From: a plasmid
DNA: 5,891 nt
Strand: one strand, 5' to 3'
Assembly: GCF_054482525.1 (NCBI RefSeq)
Contig: NZ_JBTHVG010000008.1
Of this stretch, positions 5,110-5,891 are shown in pieces. The notes beneath the pieces were generated by a model. It ran no database searches. It saw only the letters and a program-made list of their open reading frames with translations, and had not been told where the DNA came from. Each line of letters starts with the position of its first letter. Position 1 is the first letter of the stretch. The position numbers and the translations under genes are program-made.

Positions 5110-5891
5110 ATTTCATGCCAGGGGAAAAGGCGGTGGCAGTGGTCCGGTTGATTACCTGCTGGGAAGGGAGCGTAACCGGGAAGGGGCAACGGTGCTTCAG
5201 GGTAATCCGGAAGAAGTCCGGGAACTCATCGATGCCACGCCATTTGCGAAGAAATACACGTCAGGTGTTCTGTCGTTCGCGGAGAAGGAACTGCCGCCGG
5301 GAGGACGTGAAAAAGTGATGGCGAGCTTTGAGCGTGTACTGATGCCCGGTCTCGAAAAAAATCAGTACAGCATCCTGTGGGTTGAGCACCAGGACAAGGG
5401 ACGGCTTGAGCTGAATTTTGTCATTCCGAACATGGAGCTACAGAGCGGAAAACGCCTCCAGCCGTACTATGACCGCGCAGACAGGCCGAGAATTGATGCC
5501 TGGCAGACGCTGGTGAATCACCATTACGGGCTGCATGACCCGAATGCCCCGGAGAACCGCAGGACGCTGACACTCCCTGATAACCTGCCGGAAACGAAAC
5601 AGGCGATTGCTGAGAGCGTTACACGGGGGCTTGATGTGCTTTACCGTACCGGAGAGATAAAAGACCGTCAGGATGTGATTCAGGCACTCACAGATGTGGG
5701 AGTTGAGGTTGTCAGGGTGACGCGAAGCAGTATCAGCATTGCAGACCCGAACGGCGGAAGGAATATCAGGCTGAAAGGAGCATTTTATGAGCAATCTTTT
5801 ACAGACGGGCGCGGAGTTCGAGAAAAAGCTGAAAGAGAGAGCCGAATCTACAGAGAAAATGCTGAACGACGAGTTCAGGAAGCTCGGCGAG
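5099..5891 (+). CDS. mbeA: Relaxase MbeA (MOB-HEN / MOBP5 type), N-terminal portion, 3' partial at window edge
   Basis: This ORF is absent from the supplied track because it has no stop inside the window. I translated by hand from ATG 5099 in frame 2 and found no stop through 5891. The product begins MIVKFHARGKGGGSGPVDYLL (catalytic Tyr19 context) and contains the HEN signature in WVEHQDKGRLELNFVIPN. It overlaps the mbeC stop by 11 nt. Confidence 0.9.
   Translation, partial: MIVKFHARGKGGGSGPVDYLLGRERNREGATVLQGNPEEVRELIDATPFAKKYTSGVLSFAEKELPPGGREKVMASFERVLMPGLEKNQYSILWVEHQDKGRLELNFVIPNMELQSGKRLQPYYDRADRPRIDAWQTLVNHHYGLHDPNAPENRRTLTLPDNLPETKQAIAESVTRGLDVLYRTGEIKDRQDVIQALTDVGVEVVRVTRSSISIADPNGGRNIRLKGAFYEQSFTDGRGVREKAERESRIYRENAERRVQEARR
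5787..5891 (+). CDS. mbeB: MbeB, 5' portion (35 codons), nested in mbeA in the +1 frame; continues at 1..414
   Basis: ATG at 5787 is preceded by AAGGAG at 8-nt spacing. Frame 3 is open from there to the window end with the last codon complete at 5889-5891, so it joins frame 1 at nt 1 without a shift. Confidence 0.7.
   Translation, partial: MSNLLQTGAEFEKKLKERAESTEKMLNDEFRKLGE

Noticed and set aside
5115-5318. Track ORF 5115..5318(+), 67 aa
   Set aside because: It is an alternative frame inside the N-terminal part of mbeA. Its translation is highly basic (RRNTRQVFCRSRRRNCRRE) and it has no ribosome-binding site. The real nested gene, mbeB, starts later at 5787.
5438-5794. Track ORF 5438..5794(-), 118 aa
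   Set aside because: It is antisense to mbeA and I recognise no fold or motif in it.
1-5891. CRISPR array, tRNA or rRNA genes
   Set aside because: No regularly spaced direct repeats and no tRNA-like or rRNA-like sequence were seen anywhere in the window.

Overview
This window reads as an essentially complete ColE1-family mobilizable plasmid (about 5.9 kb), linearised inside the overlapping mbeA/mbeB genes. The relaxase gene starts at 5099 and runs off the right edge; its C-terminal part enters at the left edge in the matching frame (reconstructed MbeA 517 aa, MbeB 172 aa). Backbone, in order: 3' parts of mbeB and mbeA (1-761), mbeD (421-654), a cer-like XerCD site (about 760-966), the RNAII/RNAI replication-control region and origin (3535-4135), bom/oriT (about 4370-4440), rom (4530-4721, minus strand), mbeC (4762-5109) and the 5' part of mbeA (5099-5891). 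Cargo: between cer and the RNAII promoter, where ColE1 itself carries colicin-immunity-lysis genes, sits a low-GC block of three minus-strand genes. These are an EcsC-family-like protein (2571-3383), a 144-aa cysteine-rich protein with three tandem CX5CX2C motifs (1909-2343) and a YfjP/YkfA/YeeP-family P-loop GTPase with a C-terminal amphipathic tail (989-1873). I cannot assign this trio to any described system; it is the main candidate for something new. No colicin, resistance gene, transposase, integrase, tRNA, rRNA or CRISPR array was seen. All family assignments are from reading the translations and from memory of ColE1/pBR322; no searches were run.
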